A stretch of 64,000 nt of DNA from an uncultured Phocaeicola sp. (GTDB lineage Bacteria; Bacteroidota; Bacteroidia; Bacteroidales; Bacteroidaceae). The position numbers and the translations under genes are program-made. The DNA lies in contig CAZAUU010000003.1 of NCBI GenBank assembly GCA_964488405.1, positions 2,371-66,370 on the forward strand. Reading direction: 5' to 3'. Under the pieces are notes generated by a model. That model made no database searches. It was not told the DNA's origin and saw nothing but the letters and a program-made list of their open reading frames with translations. How positions within the stretch are numbered: position 1 is the first letter of the stretch; each line of letters begins with the position of its first letter. Below, one piece after another: positions 17,571 to 28,585 of the stretch.

Positions 17571-18749
17571 ATGGAAGCATTTTACAGAACACACAATTAC
17601 CTGGTCGACCACACGAACGCGCCCGTACGGCGTGATTTGATGGACGAAATAGATTGGACAGCCCGTCTGATTGGTATCAAAGGCACACGCGGAGTGGGGA
17701 AAACCACATTTTTGTTGCAATATGCCAAAGAAAAATTCGGTTATGACCGTTCGTGCCTGTTCATAAACATGAACAACTTCTATTTCTCACAATGCAGCTT
17801 AGTGGACTTTGCGGGCGAATTTGTGAAACGCGGAGGCAAGGTGTTACTGATAGACCAAGTGTTCAAGCTCCCCCACTGGAACCATGACCTGCGCACATGT
17901 TACGAACGTTACCCCAATCTGAAAATCGTCTTCACCGGCTCTTCCGTAATGAGGCTGAAAGACGAAAATCCGGAGCTGAACGGCATCGTACACTCATACA
18001 ATTTGCGGGGGTTTTCATTCCGGGAATTTCTGAACCTGCAGACGGACAACCATTTCCAGCCCTACACGCTTGATGAGATCCTGACAAGACACGAACACAT
18101 AGCGAAAACCATCCTTCCGAACGTCAACCCGCTCAACTATTTCCAGGACTATATCCACCACGGATTCTACCCCTTTTTCCTCGAGAAACGAAACTTCTCG
18201 GAGAACTTGCTGAAGACCATGAACATGATGATAGAGGTAGACATCCTGCTTATCAAACAAATCGAATTGAAATATCTTTCGAAAATAAAAAAATTACTAT
18301 ATTTGTTGGCGGTAGACGGACCGGTCGCGCCCAACATCAGCCAGCTTGCCACCGACATACAGACTTCGCGCGCCACGGTAATGAACTACATCAAATACCT
18401 CGCCGATGCACGATTGATAAATATGGTGTACCCGAAAGGGGAAACCTTCCCGAAAAAACCGGCGAAAATCATGATGCACAACACCAACCTGATGTACAGT
18501 ATTTATCCGGTGAAAGTAGAGGAACAGGACGTATTGGAAACGTTTTTCGTCAATTCGCTATGGAAAGACCATAAGGTGAACAAGGGCGAGAGAGGTACCT
18601 CGTTCCTGGTGGACAACAGCCTGAATTTCCGCATCTGCGGAGAAGGACACAAGATAAAGGGCAACCCCGGCGTGTATTACGCCATGCACCGCATGGAATT
18701 GGGATACGGCAACAAAATCCCGTTGTGGATGTTCGGTTTCCTGTATTGA
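17571..18749 (+). CDS. AAA_14/DUF4143-type ATP-binding protein
   Basis: Walker A GTRGVGKTT, Walker B LLIDQ, FTGSS, wHTH-like NISQLATDIQTSRATV. -7 box at 17543-17550. Confidence 0.88.
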   Translation: MEAFYRTHNYLVDHTNAPVRRDLMDEIDWTARLIGIKGTRGVGKTTFLLQYAKEKFGYDRSCLFINMNNFYFSQCSLVDFAGEFVKRGGKVLLIDQVFKLPHWNHDLRTCYERYPNLKIVFTGSSVMRLKDENPELNGIVHSYNLRGFSFREFLNLQTDNHFQPYTLDEILTRHEHIAKTILPNVNPLNYFQDYIHHGFYPFFLEKRNFSENLLKTMNMMIEVDILLIKQIELKYLSKIKKLLYLLAVDGPVAPNISQLATDIQTSRATVMNYIKYLADARLINMVYPKGETFPKKPAKIMMHNTNLMYSIYPVKVEEQDVLETFFVNSLWKDHKVNKGERGTSFLVDNSLNFRICGEGHKIKGNPGVYYAMHRMELGYGNKIPLWMFGFLY

Positions 18750-18800
18750 TGCGGAAAAGGAGAAAACAAATATTATTACCCAATTATAATAAGTAATTGT

Positions 18801-21800
18801 ATGACTAAACAAAAAAAATTCATCACGTGTGATGGTAACGAGGCTGCCGCACATATTTCGTATATGTTTACGGAAGTGGCTGCCATTTATCCCATCACCC
18901 CGTCGTCTACCATGGCAGAGCACGTAGACGAATGGGCTGCCGCAGGTCGTAAAAATATCTTCGGCGAAACTGTTTTGGTTCAAGAAATGCAGTCGGAGGG
19001 CGGTGCTGCCGGTGCGGTACACGGCTCTCTCCAGGCAGGTGCATTGACTACTACTTACACCGCATCGCAAGGCCTGTTGCTGATGATACCGAACATGTAC
19101 AAGATTGCAGGCGAATTGCTGCCCTGCGTATTCCATGTTTCGGCACGTACATTGGCTTCACACGCACTGTGTATCTTCGGCGACCACCAGGATGTGATGT
19201 CTACCCGCCAGACGGGTTTCGCCATGCTGTGTGAAGGTTCGGTACAGGAAGTAATGGATCTGGCTGGTGTAGCCCACTTGGCAACCATCAAATCGCGTGT
19301 GCCGTTCGTCAACTTCTTCGATGGATTCCGTACATCCCACGAAATCCAGAAAATCGAGAAGTTGGACAACGAAGACCTTGCCCCGCTCATCGACCGGAAA
19401 GCACTGGCAGAATTCCGCGAACGCGCATTGACTCCCAACAAACCGGTGGCACGCGGTATGGCTGAAAACCCCGACCACTTCTTCCAGCACAGGGAATCAT
19501 GCAACCCGTTCTACGAAGCCGTTCCGGCCATCGTGGAAGAGTACATGAACGAAATCAACAAGATTACGGGACGCAATTACGGACTATTCGACTACTATGG
19601 TGCAGAAGATGCCGAACACATCATCATCGCCATGGGTTCCGTGACCGAAGCTACACGCGAGGCTATCGACTACCTGACAGCCCAGGGCAAGAAAGTAGGT
19701 CTGGTAACCGTACACCTGTATCGCCCGTTCTCGGCAAAACATTTCCTTGCCAAAGTACCCAAAACCGTGAAACGCATCGCCGTGCTCGACCGTACCAAAG
19801 AACCGGGAGCAAACGGGGAACCGCTGTATCTGGACGTAAAAGAATGCTTCTACGGACAGGAGAACGCCCCGCTCATCGTAGGCGGACGTTACGGCCTTGG
19901 TTCAAAAGACACCACTCCGGCACAAATCCTGTCTGTATTTGAGAATCTGGAACTTCCGATGCCGAAAGACCAGTTTACAATCGGTATCGTAGACGATGTG
20001 ACCTTCACTTCCCTGCCCCAGAAAGAAGAAATCGCATTGGGCGGCGAAGGCATGTTCGAAGCGAAATTCTACGGTCTGGGAGCTGACGGTACGGTAGGTG
20101 CAAACAAGAACTCTGTGAAAATCATCGGTGACAACACCGACAAATACTGCCAGGCTTACTTCTCTTACGACTCGAAGAAGTCGGGAGGATTCACCTGTTC
20201 CCACCTGCGTTTCGGCGACCACCCGATCCGTTCCACGTATCTGGTTACCACCCCGAACTTTGTGGCTTGCCACGTACAGGCATACCTACACATGTACGAT
20301 GTGACTCGCGGTCTGCGCAAGAACGGCACTTTCTTGCTGAACACCATCTGGGAAGGCGAAGAACTGGCAAAGAACCTGCCGACCAAGGTAAAAAAATACT
20401 TTGCAGAAAACAACATCACCGTTTATTATATCAATGCGACCCAGATTGCACAGGAAATTGGTTTGGGCAACCGTACCAACACCATCCTCCAGTCCGCATT
20501 CTTCCGCATCACGGGCGTGATTCCTGTTGACCTCGCCGTAGAACAGATGAAGAAGTTCATCGTGAAGTCATACGGGAAGAAGGGTGAAGACGTGGTGAAC
20601 AAGAACTACGCAGCCGTTGACCGTGGCGGTGAATACAAGCAACTGACCGTAGATCCGGCTTGGGCAGGGCTGGAAGTTGAACCCGCCGCAGCCAACAATG
20701 ACCCGGCATTTATCAACGAAGTGGTTCGTCCAATCAATGCACAAGACGGCGATTTGCTGCCGGTATCCGCATTCAAAGACATCGAAGACGGTACATGGTA
20801 TCAGGGAACTGCCAAGTATGAAAAACGCGGTGTCGCCGCTTTCGTACCGGAATGGAATCCCGAATGCTGTATCCAGTGCAACAAGTGCGCGTATGTATGT
20901 CCTCATGCTGCCATCCGCCCGTTCGTGCTCGATGCGGAAGAACAGAAGGGAGCAAACTTCGCAATGTTGAAGGCTGTCGGCAAACAGTTTGACGGAATGA
21001 CTTTCCGCATGCAGGTAGATGTGCTCGACTGTCTGGGATGCGGCAACTGCGTCGATGTATGTCCGGGCAATCCCAAAAAGGGTGGCAAGGCTCTGGCCAT
21101 GAAACATCTGGAAAGCCAGTTGGCTGAAGCGGACAACTGGACCTACTGCGCGGACAACGTGAAGAGCAAACAGCACCTGGTTGACATCAAAGCCAACGTG
21201 AAGAATTCCCAGTTTGCCACTCCACTCTTCGAGTTCTCCGGTGCTTGTTCCGGCTGTGGCGAAACTCCGTACGTGAAGCTGATTTCCCAGCTGTTCGGCG
21301 ACCGTGAGATGATATCCAACGCTACAGGATGTTCTTCTATCTATTCGGGTTCGGTTCCTTCCACTCCCTACACCACCAACGAGAAAGGACAGGGTCCGGC
21401 ATGGGCAAACTCCCTGTTCGAAGATTTCTGTGAATTCGGCTTGGGTATGGAACTGGCGAACAAGAAATTGCGCAACCGCATCGAAGATGCCATGAAAGCT
21501 GCCATTGCAGCCGAAGGTACTCCAGCAGAATACAAGGAGGCATTCCAGGAGTGGATTGACGGCCGCAACGATGCCGACAAGAGCAAGGCTGCAGCCGAAA
21601 AGATTATCCCACTGGTAGAAGCGGCAAAAGACCAATGTCCTTACTGCGCCACCATCTGCGAGTTCAAGGATTATCTGATCAAACGTTCCCAATGGATTAT
21701 CGGCGGTGACGGCGCTTCTTACGATATCGGCTACGGAGGTCTTGACCACGTGATTGCCTCGGGTGAAGACGTGAACATCCTCGTGCTCGACACAGAAGTT

Positions 21801-22358
21801 TATTCGAACACGGGTGGACAGTCTTCCAAGGCTACCCCGCTGGGAGCTATCGCCAAGTTTGCCGCATCGGGCAAGCGTATACGCAAGAAAGACCTGGGTC
21901 TGATAGCTACCACCTACGGATATGTCTATGTGGCCCAGATTGCCATGGGCGCCGACCAGGCCCAGACGCTGAAGGCCATCCGCGAAGCGGAAGCTTACCC
22001 CGGACCTTCACTGATTATCGCATACGCTCCGTGTATCAACCACGGACTGAAAGCCGGCATGGGCAAAAGCCAGGCAGAAGAAGCCAAAGCCGTAGAATGC
22101 GGTTACTGGCATCTGTGGCGCTTCAATCCGGCTTTGGAAGACGAAGGCAAGAATCCGTTCATGCTCGACTCGAAAGAACCGAATTGGGCAAACTTCCAGG
22201 ACTACCTGAAAGGCGAAGTACGTTTCGCTTCCGTGATGAAGCAATACCCGTCAGAAGCAGCCGACCTCTTCGCAGCTTGCGAACAGATGGCAAAGAAACG
22301 TTACGATTCGTACAAGCGCATGGCTGCCATGGACTGGAGCGGAGAAAAAGCTGAATAA
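18801..22358 (+). CDS. nifJ: Pyruvate:ferredoxin (flavodoxin) oxidoreductase
   Basis: YPITPS, EMQSEGGAAG, two CxxCxxCxxxC clusters, GACSGCGE, GGDGASYDIG. Confidence 0.98.
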   Translation: MTKQKKFITCDGNEAAAHISYMFTEVAAIYPITPSSTMAEHVDEWAAAGRKNIFGETVLVQEMQSEGGAAGAVHGSLQAGALTTTYTASQGLLLMIPNMYKIAGELLPCVFHVSARTLASHALCIFGDHQDVMSTRQTGFAMLCEGSVQEVMDLAGVAHLATIKSRVPFVNFFDGFRTSHEIQKIEKLDNEDLAPLIDRKALAEFRERALTPNKPVARGMAENPDHFFQHRESCNPFYEAVPAIVEEYMNEINKITGRNYGLFDYYGAEDAEHIIIAMGSVTEATREAIDYLTAQGKKVGLVTVHLYRPFSAKHFLAKVPKTVKRIAVLDRTKEPGANGEPLYLDVKECFYGQENAPLIVGGRYGLGSKDTTPAQILSVFENLELPMPKDQFTIGIVDDVTFTSLPQKEEIALGGEGMFEAKFYGLGADGTVGANKNSVKIIGDNTDKYCQAYFSYDSKKSGGFTCSHLRFGDHPIRSTYLVTTPNFVACHVQAYLHMYDVTRGLRKNGTFLLNTIWEGEELAKNLPTKVKKYFAENNITVYYINATQIAQEIGLGNRTNTILQSAFFRITGVIPVDLAVEQMKKFIVKSYGKKGEDVVNKNYAAVDRGGEYKQLTVDPAWAGLEVEPAAANNDPAFINEVVRPINAQDGDLLPVSAFKDIEDGTWYQGTAKYEKRGVAAFVPEWNPECCIQCNKCAYVCPHAAIRPFVLDAEEQKGANFAMLKAVGKQFDGMTFRMQVDVLDCLGCGNCVDVCPGNPKKGGKALAMKHLESQLAEADNWTYCADNVKSKQHLVDIKANVKNSQFATPLFEFSGACSGCGETPYVKLISQLFGDREMISNATGCSSIYSGSVPSTPYTTNEKGQGPAWANSLFEDFCEFGLGMELANKKLRNRIEDAMKAAIAAEGTPAEYKEAFQEWIDGRNDADKSKAAAEKIIPLVEAAKDQCPYCATICEFKDYLIKRSQWIIGGDGASYDIGYGGLDHVIASGEDVNILVLDTEVYSNTGGQSSKATPLGAIAKFAASGKRIRKKDLGLIATTYGYVYVAQIAMGADQAQTLKAIREAEAYPGPSLIIAYAPCINHGLKAGMGKSQAEEAKAVECGYWHLWRFNPALEDEGKNPFMLDSKEPNWANFQDYLKGEVRFASVMKQYPSEAADLFAACEQMAKKRYDSYKRMAAMDWSGEKAE

Positions 22359-22378
22359 TCCTTTGTGATTTTCCTATA

Positions 22379-22416
22379 ACAAAGGCGGTTCGCATGCGGG
22401 CCGCCTTTGTCTTTTG
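22379..22416 (+). terminator. Intrinsic terminator of nifJ
   Basis: ACAAAGGCGGTTCGC-AT-GCGGGCCGCCTTTGT followed by CTTTT. Confidence 0.8.
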
Positions 22417-22544
22417 TATGCTTGCGACAACGCTCCAAACAAATCCCGGTTGTCCGACATGCAAAGCCGCCACCGGAGGACATCCGGCAGCGGCTTCCGA
22501 CCGGCTTTCGCAAGAGGGACGTATATACAAGCGTGAAAAAATCA

Positions 22545-23921
22545 TTATACAGCTTCGTCAGCACCTCCGCCTAAAGCATGGTAAAGGCTGATAACACCCA
22601 GGATTTCATCATAACGGTCGGATATTAAAGTGAGCCGGGAATTAAGCAATGACTGGCGGGCGGTCAGCACCTCCAGGTAATTGGTCGTACCGTGTTCCAT
22701 CAGCAGTTCGGTGTCGCGGACAGTCGTCTGCAGATGTTCCACCTGTTCGCTGTCAAACTCTATGCGTTTGCGGGCGTTTTGCCATTGCGAGAGGGCATTG
22801 TTCACTTCCTTGCCTGCATCCAACAGCGACTGACGGAATGCCAGCAGGGCTTCCTCCTGTTGTGCCTTCGACACTTTCAGGTTGGCGATGTTCTGCCCCC
22901 GGTTGAAAAGAGGCTGCACAAAAGAGCCTACCGCCTGGAGCAGCCACGCCCCGGGATTGGTGATGGCCACCCCGCCGTTGTTGGTCCAGCCTGCCGAACC
23001 GCCCAGCGTGATGCTGGGGTAGAAAGCAGACCGTGACTGGTTGGTAGCGTAAAACGCTTGTTTCAGCGAGGCTTCCGCCTGCCGGATGTCCGGACGGCGA
23101 GAGAGCAGTTCCAGCGGAACACCTACCGAAAGGTGTTGGGGGAATTGCTGGCCGGCAAGCACGCCGCGCTCAATGCGTTGAGGCACCCTGCCCAACACCG
23201 TTGACAAGGCGTTTTCCGTCTCCGTCACTTGCTGCTGCAGGCTTACCAGCGTTGCTTCGGCCGAAGCACGGCTTGCCTCAGCCTGGCTGACAGTGGCACG
23301 GTCTGCCTGTCCTGCCTTCATCAGTACATTGAGACTGTGCACGTAGGCTTTCCAGCTTTCCACCGTCTCGGCGGTGACGGACACCTGCTCGTCCAACATC
23401 AGCAGCGAATAATAGCTTTCCGCCACGGTGGCTATAAGTTCCGTCTGCACAGCCTGCCGGTAGGCATCGCTGGCCTCCAGCGATGCACGTGCCCCCCGTT
23501 TGGCATTGGTCAGCTTGCCGAAAATATCCAATTCCCAGCTTGCCGATACGCCGATATCGTATGTCTTGCTTGCCTTGCTCGCATCGTAGCTGCTCAGTGT
23601 ACCTTCGGGGTCAAACTGCAACGAAGGCAGGTAGGCAAGTCTGGAGGAAGTAAGTTGTGCCTGTGCCTCCTTTACAGTCAGGCGGGCCACACGCAGGTCG
23701 GTGTTTGTTTCCAATGCTTCCCGTATCAGTGCTTGCAGACAGGGGTCGGTGAAGAGTTCTTCCCACGACAGGGTAGCGATGGACGATGTCGTATCTGCCA
23801 CCATGTCCGTCCGGTAGAGGCTGTCGGTGTTGACGGCAAGTTCCGGCCGTTCATATCGGTTATAGATGCCGCAGCTGCCCAGCAGGCAAGCCGTTGCGGC
23901 AACGAGTAATAGCTTTTTCAT
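22545..23921 (-). CDS. Outer-membrane efflux lipoprotein (OprM/TolC family), RND operon 2
   Basis: Lipobox LLGSC, WELDIFG, RRPDI, LYHALGGG. Confidence 0.95.
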   Translation of the reverse strand: MKKLLLVAATACLLGSCGIYNRYERPELAVNTDSLYRTDMVADTTSSIATLSWEELFTDPCLQALIREALETNTDLRVARLTVKEAQAQLTSSRLAYLPSLQFDPEGTLSSYDASKASKTYDIGVSASWELDIFGKLTNAKRGARASLEASDAYRQAVQTELIATVAESYYSLLMLDEQVSVTAETVESWKAYVHSLNVLMKAGQADRATVSQAEASRASAEATLVSLQQQVTETENALSTVLGRVPQRIERGVLAGQQFPQHLSVGVPLELLSRRPDIRQAEASLKQAFYATNQSRSAFYPSITLGGSAGWTNNGGVAITNPGAWLLQAVGSFVQPLFNRGQNIANLKVSKAQQEEALLAFRQSLLDAGKEVNNALSQWQNARKRIEFDSEQVEHLQTTVRDTELLMEHGTTNYLEVLTARQSLLNSRLTLISDRYDEILGVISLYHALGGGADEAV

Positions 23922-24085
23922 ATTTTAATGTATAATCTACGGTTATAGGGTAAAATCGGAATATATAAGTGTCGGGAGGGTTGTTTTTACAAGCCTTGCC
24001 TTTTGCGGGCGCATGCCCCGTACAGCGTACGGCGACGCGCCCACAAACCGCAAAGCAAATATCCACATGGCCCCTGAAACGTCTT

Positions 24086-27000
24086 TTATTCATCATCATG
24101 TCTGCGTGCAGGCATCAGCCGTTCCTGCACGGCCTGGAATACGATGAACAGCGAAGGCACGGCAAACAGCAAGGCCACTGACCCCACAATCAGTCCGCCT
24201 ACCACGCCCGTACCCAGCGAGACATTACCGTTGGCACCCGCACCGCTGGAGAATACCAACGGCAGCATACCAATCACCATACAGAGCACCGTCATGATGA
24301 TAGGGCGCAGACGGACACCTGCTGCCGACAAGGCTGCCTGCGAGAGCGACATGCCCTGTTCGCGGCGGGTGGCGGCATACTCGGTAATGAGGATGGCCGT
24401 CTTGGCCAACAGACCTATCAGCATGATGAGCCCCGTCTGCATGTAGATGTTGTTCTCCAGTCCGCACAACTTCGACAGGGCGAAGCTGCCCATCAGCCCG
24501 AAAGGTACGCTCAGCATCACGCCCAGCGGGACGAAAAGACTTTCATACAATCCGCAAAGGATGAGGTATATGAACACTATGCAGAGAGCGAAAACGATTA
24601 TCGTGTTCGAGCCGCTGCCGGCCTCCTCACGGGTAATGCCGCCGTATTCGTAGCCGTAGCCCGTGGGCAGAGTCTGCCTTGCTACCTGTTCGATGGCATT
24701 GATGACATCGCCCGAACTGTAGCCGTCGTTCATCATGGCGTTCACCTGGATGGAACTATACAGGTTGAAGCGCGTCAACGTTTCCGTACCGTAGGTTTTG
24801 GTGAGTGTGACGAACTGCGACAGCGGAGCCATGTTGCCACTGCTGGTTCGGACAAACATATTGTTCAGCGCATCCTCGTTAAGGCGCAGGTTCTTGTCGG
24901 CCTGTATATACACACGGTACAGCTTGGTGAACCGGTTGAAGTTGGACACATAGCCGCCGCCGATATAACCCGACATGACGCTGAGTACATCGGTAGGCGA
25001 CACGCCCATCCGCTTGCACTTGGCCGCATCCACCTCTACGGAATATTGCGGGAACTTGTTGTCGAACGTAGAGTAAGCCATCTGCACCTCGGGTCTTGCA
25101 TTCAGCGCGGCGATGAAGTTGTCAGTATATTCCTTCAGGGTAGCGATGTCTCCTCCCGCACGGTCCTGCACGTAGAGTTCCACACCGCTGCCCGTGCTGT
25201 ACCCCATTATGGTAGGCTGTGCGAAGGCAAATATCTTGGCCGAGTGGATATCCGCCGTGCGACGGTATATCTCCGCAATGACGGAGGTGATATAGTCCTC
25301 GTCTTTGGTACGTTCACTCCAGTCTTTCAAATTGATGATAAGCATACCGCCCGAAGGAGCCTGCCCGCCCATCATGCTGTAGCCGGCCACATTGGAATAG
25401 CCCTCTATCTGCGGTATGTCTTTTACACGCTCCTCTATCTGGGCCATGGCCTTCACCGTTGTCGACAGGCTGCTGCCGGCAGGGGTTGTCACATTGACAA
25501 ACACCGTACCCATATCCTCATCGGGCACAAGGCCGGTCTTGGTGGTCCTCATCAGTACAACCAGCAATACGATGGACACAGCTACGCCTGCCCAAATGAG
25601 CCACTTGCGGCGGAAGAACCATTTCACACCATTCTTATACCGGTAGAGTACCGTCTTGAATGCTGCCTCGAACGCATTGTGGAAGCGGGTGGAGAAACTG
25701 AGTTTCTGACCCGTGACGACATCCATAGGAGGCGTCATAATCAGGGCGCACAAGGCCGGACAGAGCGTAAGGGCATTGATGGCAGACAGACCCACGGCAA
25801 TAGCCATGGTCAATCCGAACTGCATGTAGAACGTACCGCTCGTGCCGCCCATGAACGCCACGGGGATAAACACCGCCATGAATACCAGAGAGGTGGTGAT
25901 AATGGCCGAGCCCACGTTGTCGATGGCCAGGTTGGTAGCCTTGTAAGGCGAGCGTATGCCTTCGTCGAACTGCGCCTGCACGGCCTCCACCACCACTATG
26001 GCATCGTCCACCACCGTACCGATGACCAGCACAAGTGCAAACAGCGTCAGCAGATTAAGCGAGAAGCCCAACAGATAGATGAAAGCAAACGTCCCCACCA
26101 GCGACACGATGATGGATATGGCGGGAATGACCGTGGAACGTGCGCTCTGCAGGAAGATGTACACCACGAGAATCACGAGGATGATGGCTTCCACCAGCGT
26201 TTTCACCACCTCATGAATGGAAGCATCGAGGAAGTTCTTGGTACTCATCAGGTCGACCAGTTCCATCCCCTTGGGCAAATCCTTTGATATTTCTTCGAGC
26301 AGGGCGTCAATCTCCGTGATAACCTCGTTGGCATTGGAACCCGATGTCTGCGAAATCATGGCTGTAGTACCGGGATGGCCGTTGATTACACTGTTGTAAG
26401 AATAGCTTTGCTTGCCCAGTTCGATGGTGGCTATATCGTTGAGGCGGAGCACCTCACCTGTTTCCAATGCGGTGATGACGATATTGCCGAACTCTTCCGG
26501 CGTCTCATAGCGTCCGCGGTACTTCAGCGTGTACTGGAACGTGTTCTCCGAGTTCTCACCCAATGTTCCGGTGGCAGCCTCAATGTTCTGTTCGTCCAGC
26601 ACGGCAGTCACGTCGCTTGGCACCAGTCCGTATTGCGCCATCTTCTGCGGGTCGAGCCAGATACGCATGGCATAACCCTCGCCCATCAGCATTACGTTGC
26701 CCACACCGGTAACACGCGACAGGCGCGGCTCTATATTGATATCAAAGTAATTGTTAATGAAATTCTGGTCAAACGAGTCGTCGGGACTGTAGAGGGCCAC
26801 AATCTTCAGCATGGAGTTCTGGCGTTTTTCCACAGTCACGCCTATCTGCGTCACCTCAGCCGGCAGCAGTCCTTCTGCCTCGCTCACCCGGTTCTTGGTA
26901 TTGATGGTGGCCATGTCGGGGTCGGTGCCTTGCTTGAAGTAGACGGTGATGCTGCCCGCGCCGTTATTGGTGGAGGTAGACGTCATGTAAATCATGTTTT

Positions 27001-27220
27001 CCACGCCGTTAATGGACTCTTCCAGTGGCACTACGACGGACTTCTGCACCGTCTCGGCATTAGCTCCCGTATAAGTGGTCTGCACCATGACTGTAGGCGG
27101 TGCGATGTCCGGGTATTGCTCCATCGGCAGGTTTGCCAGTCCGATAATCCCCAACAACAGGATAAGCACCGAAATGACACACGACAGGATGGGGCGGTCT
27201 ATAAATAGTTTCAGTTTCAT
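24086..27220 (-). CDS. RND efflux permease (HAE1), operon 2
   Basis: FIDRPILS, GTVVDDAIVVVE, AKTAILITE, RLRPIIMT. Confidence 0.97.
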   Translation of the reverse strand: MKLKLFIDRPILSCVISVLILLLGIIGLANLPMEQYPDIAPPTVMVQTTYTGANAETVQKSVVVPLEESINGVENMIYMTSTSTNNGAGSITVYFKQGTDPDMATINTKNRVSEAEGLLPAEVTQIGVTVEKRQNSMLKIVALYSPDDSFDQNFINNYFDINIEPRLSRVTGVGNVMLMGEGYAMRIWLDPQKMAQYGLVPSDVTAVLDEQNIEAATGTLGENSENTFQYTLKYRGRYETPEEFGNIVITALETGEVLRLNDIATIELGKQSYSYNSVINGHPGTTAMISQTSGSNANEVITEIDALLEEISKDLPKGMELVDLMSTKNFLDASIHEVVKTLVEAIILVILVVYIFLQSARSTVIPAISIIVSLVGTFAFIYLLGFSLNLLTLFALVLVIGTVVDDAIVVVEAVQAQFDEGIRSPYKATNLAIDNVGSAIITTSLVFMAVFIPVAFMGGTSGTFYMQFGLTMAIAVGLSAINALTLCPALCALIMTPPMDVVTGQKLSFSTRFHNAFEAAFKTVLYRYKNGVKWFFRRKWLIWAGVAVSIVLLVVLMRTTKTGLVPDEDMGTVFVNVTTPAGSSLSTTVKAMAQIEERVKDIPQIEGYSNVAGYSMMGGQAPSGGMLIINLKDWSERTKDEDYITSVIAEIYRRTADIHSAKIFAFAQPTIMGYSTGSGVELYVQDRAGGDIATLKEYTDNFIAALNARPEVQMAYSTFDNKFPQYSVEVDAAKCKRMGVSPTDVLSVMSGYIGGGYVSNFNRFTKLYRVYIQADKNLRLNEDALNNMFVRTSSGNMAPLSQFVTLTKTYGTETLTRFNLYSSIQVNAMMNDGYSSGDVINAIEQVARQTLPTGYGYEYGGITREEAGSGSNTIIVFALCIVFIYLILCGLYESLFVPLGVMLSVPFGLMGSFALSKLCGLENNIYMQTGLIMLIGLLAKTAILITEYAATRREQGMSLSQAALSAAGVRLRPIIMTVLCMVIGMLPLVFSSGAGANGNVSLGTGVVGGLIVGSVALLFAVPSLFIVFQAVQERLMPARRHDDE

Positions 27221-27259
27221 AATCTTTCTCCGATTTTAATGCGTATGATGTTTCACTTG

Positions 27260-28399
27260 TCAGCTTTTCTCTCCCGGTTGTGCCTGGGCATCCGTGCCGG
27301 TGTCCGTACTTGCGACTGTGATGACGGTTCCTTCCTCCAGCAGTCCGGCTCCTTCGGCCACAATGACATCACCCGTCTGCAAGCCGCTCTCCACGATGTA
27401 CTCCTTCCCATTGTTGACAGGGAAGACGGCAATCTCCGTAGAGGTGGCTTTTCCGTCTACCACCTTATAGACGAACACCTTGTCCTGGATTTCGTAGGTG
27501 GCCTCCTGCGGCACTACCAGCACACTGTCCTTCACGTAGGGAAACAACACTGTACCGCTGCCCCCGTTGCGCAACATCCGCTCGGGATTGGGGAAAGTGG
27601 CACGCAGGCTCACGGCTCCCGTGCTTGTGTCGATGGTGCCGCTGATGGCATCTACCTTGCCGCTATGCCCGTACATTTTCCCGTCGCTGAGGCACAGCTC
27701 CACTTCCGGCATTTGTTCCATGGCCTTCTCCAACGTGCCGCTCTCGCGCACCAGAGAAAGGATCTGGTTTTCGGTCATGGAGAAATAGACATACATTTCC
27801 TCATCGTCTGACACGGTGGTGAGCGGTGTGGTAATCGAAGCATCCACCAAAGCCCCCACACGGTATGGAATCATGCTTGCCACGCCGTTCACGGGACTTT
27901 TCACCTCCGTGTACGAAAGGTCATTGCGTGCATTCACCTCGTTTGCCCTGGCTTGTTCCAATGCCGCTTCTGCTTCCTGGAGCGAGTTGCGCGACACCTG
28001 GAGGTCGAATGCCGACACTACATTTTCCTTGAAAAGCTCTTCCTTGCTATCGGCCGTTATCCGTGCCGTTGCCACGATGGCTTCGGCACTCTTCACATTG
28101 GCAATGGCAGTTTGCAATGCCGCCCGGTAAGGCACCTGGTCGATGACGAAGAGTACCTGCCCTTTGGAAACCTTTGCCCCTTCCTCAATGCATATTTTCG
28201 TAATCGTACCACTCACCTGCGGACGTATCTCCACGCTTTGCCTTCCATTGATGACGGCGGTATAGACACGTTCCAATCTGCGGTTTTCGGGCGTTACAGC
28301 CATAGTCTTGTAGCTGCCTCCTGCAGCTTCCGTCGTTTTTTTGCAGGATGATGCCAACAGCAAACAGCCGATTCCTGCGCATAATAACATCTTTTTCAT
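27260..28399 (-). CDS. RND periplasmic adaptor lipoprotein, operon 2
   Basis: Lipobox LASSC, VEIRPQVSG, SPVNG, TGAVSLRA. Confidence 0.95.
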   Translation of the reverse strand: MKKMLLCAGIGCLLLASSCKKTTEAAGGSYKTMAVTPENRRLERVYTAVINGRQSVEIRPQVSGTITKICIEEGAKVSKGQVLFVIDQVPYRAALQTAIANVKSAEAIVATARITADSKEELFKENVVSAFDLQVSRNSLQEAEAALEQARANEVNARNDLSYTEVKSPVNGVASMIPYRVGALVDASITTPLTTVSDDEEMYVYFSMTENQILSLVRESGTLEKAMEQMPEVELCLSDGKMYGHSGKVDAISGTIDTSTGAVSLRATFPNPERMLRNGGSGTVLFPYVKDSVLVVPQEATYEIQDKVFVYKVVDGKATSTEIAVFPVNNGKEYIVESGLQTGDVIVAEGAGLLEEGTVITVASTDTGTDAQAQPGEKS

Positions 28400-28585
28400 A
28401 CCTTAAATTGCTTTGCGTATTAAGTTAAATATTGAAGCAAAAGTAGAAAGGATTCATCCGGATGGTTTGGTTACGTTCCGCATTTTTTTTGTTCAAATCC
28501 GAAGCTTAACGTTTTTTTTCTTTAATAGTCCTAATAAACGAAAACAGAGTTTGGCAAGTTAGGACCTTCTGTTCATTTTTGCAAA

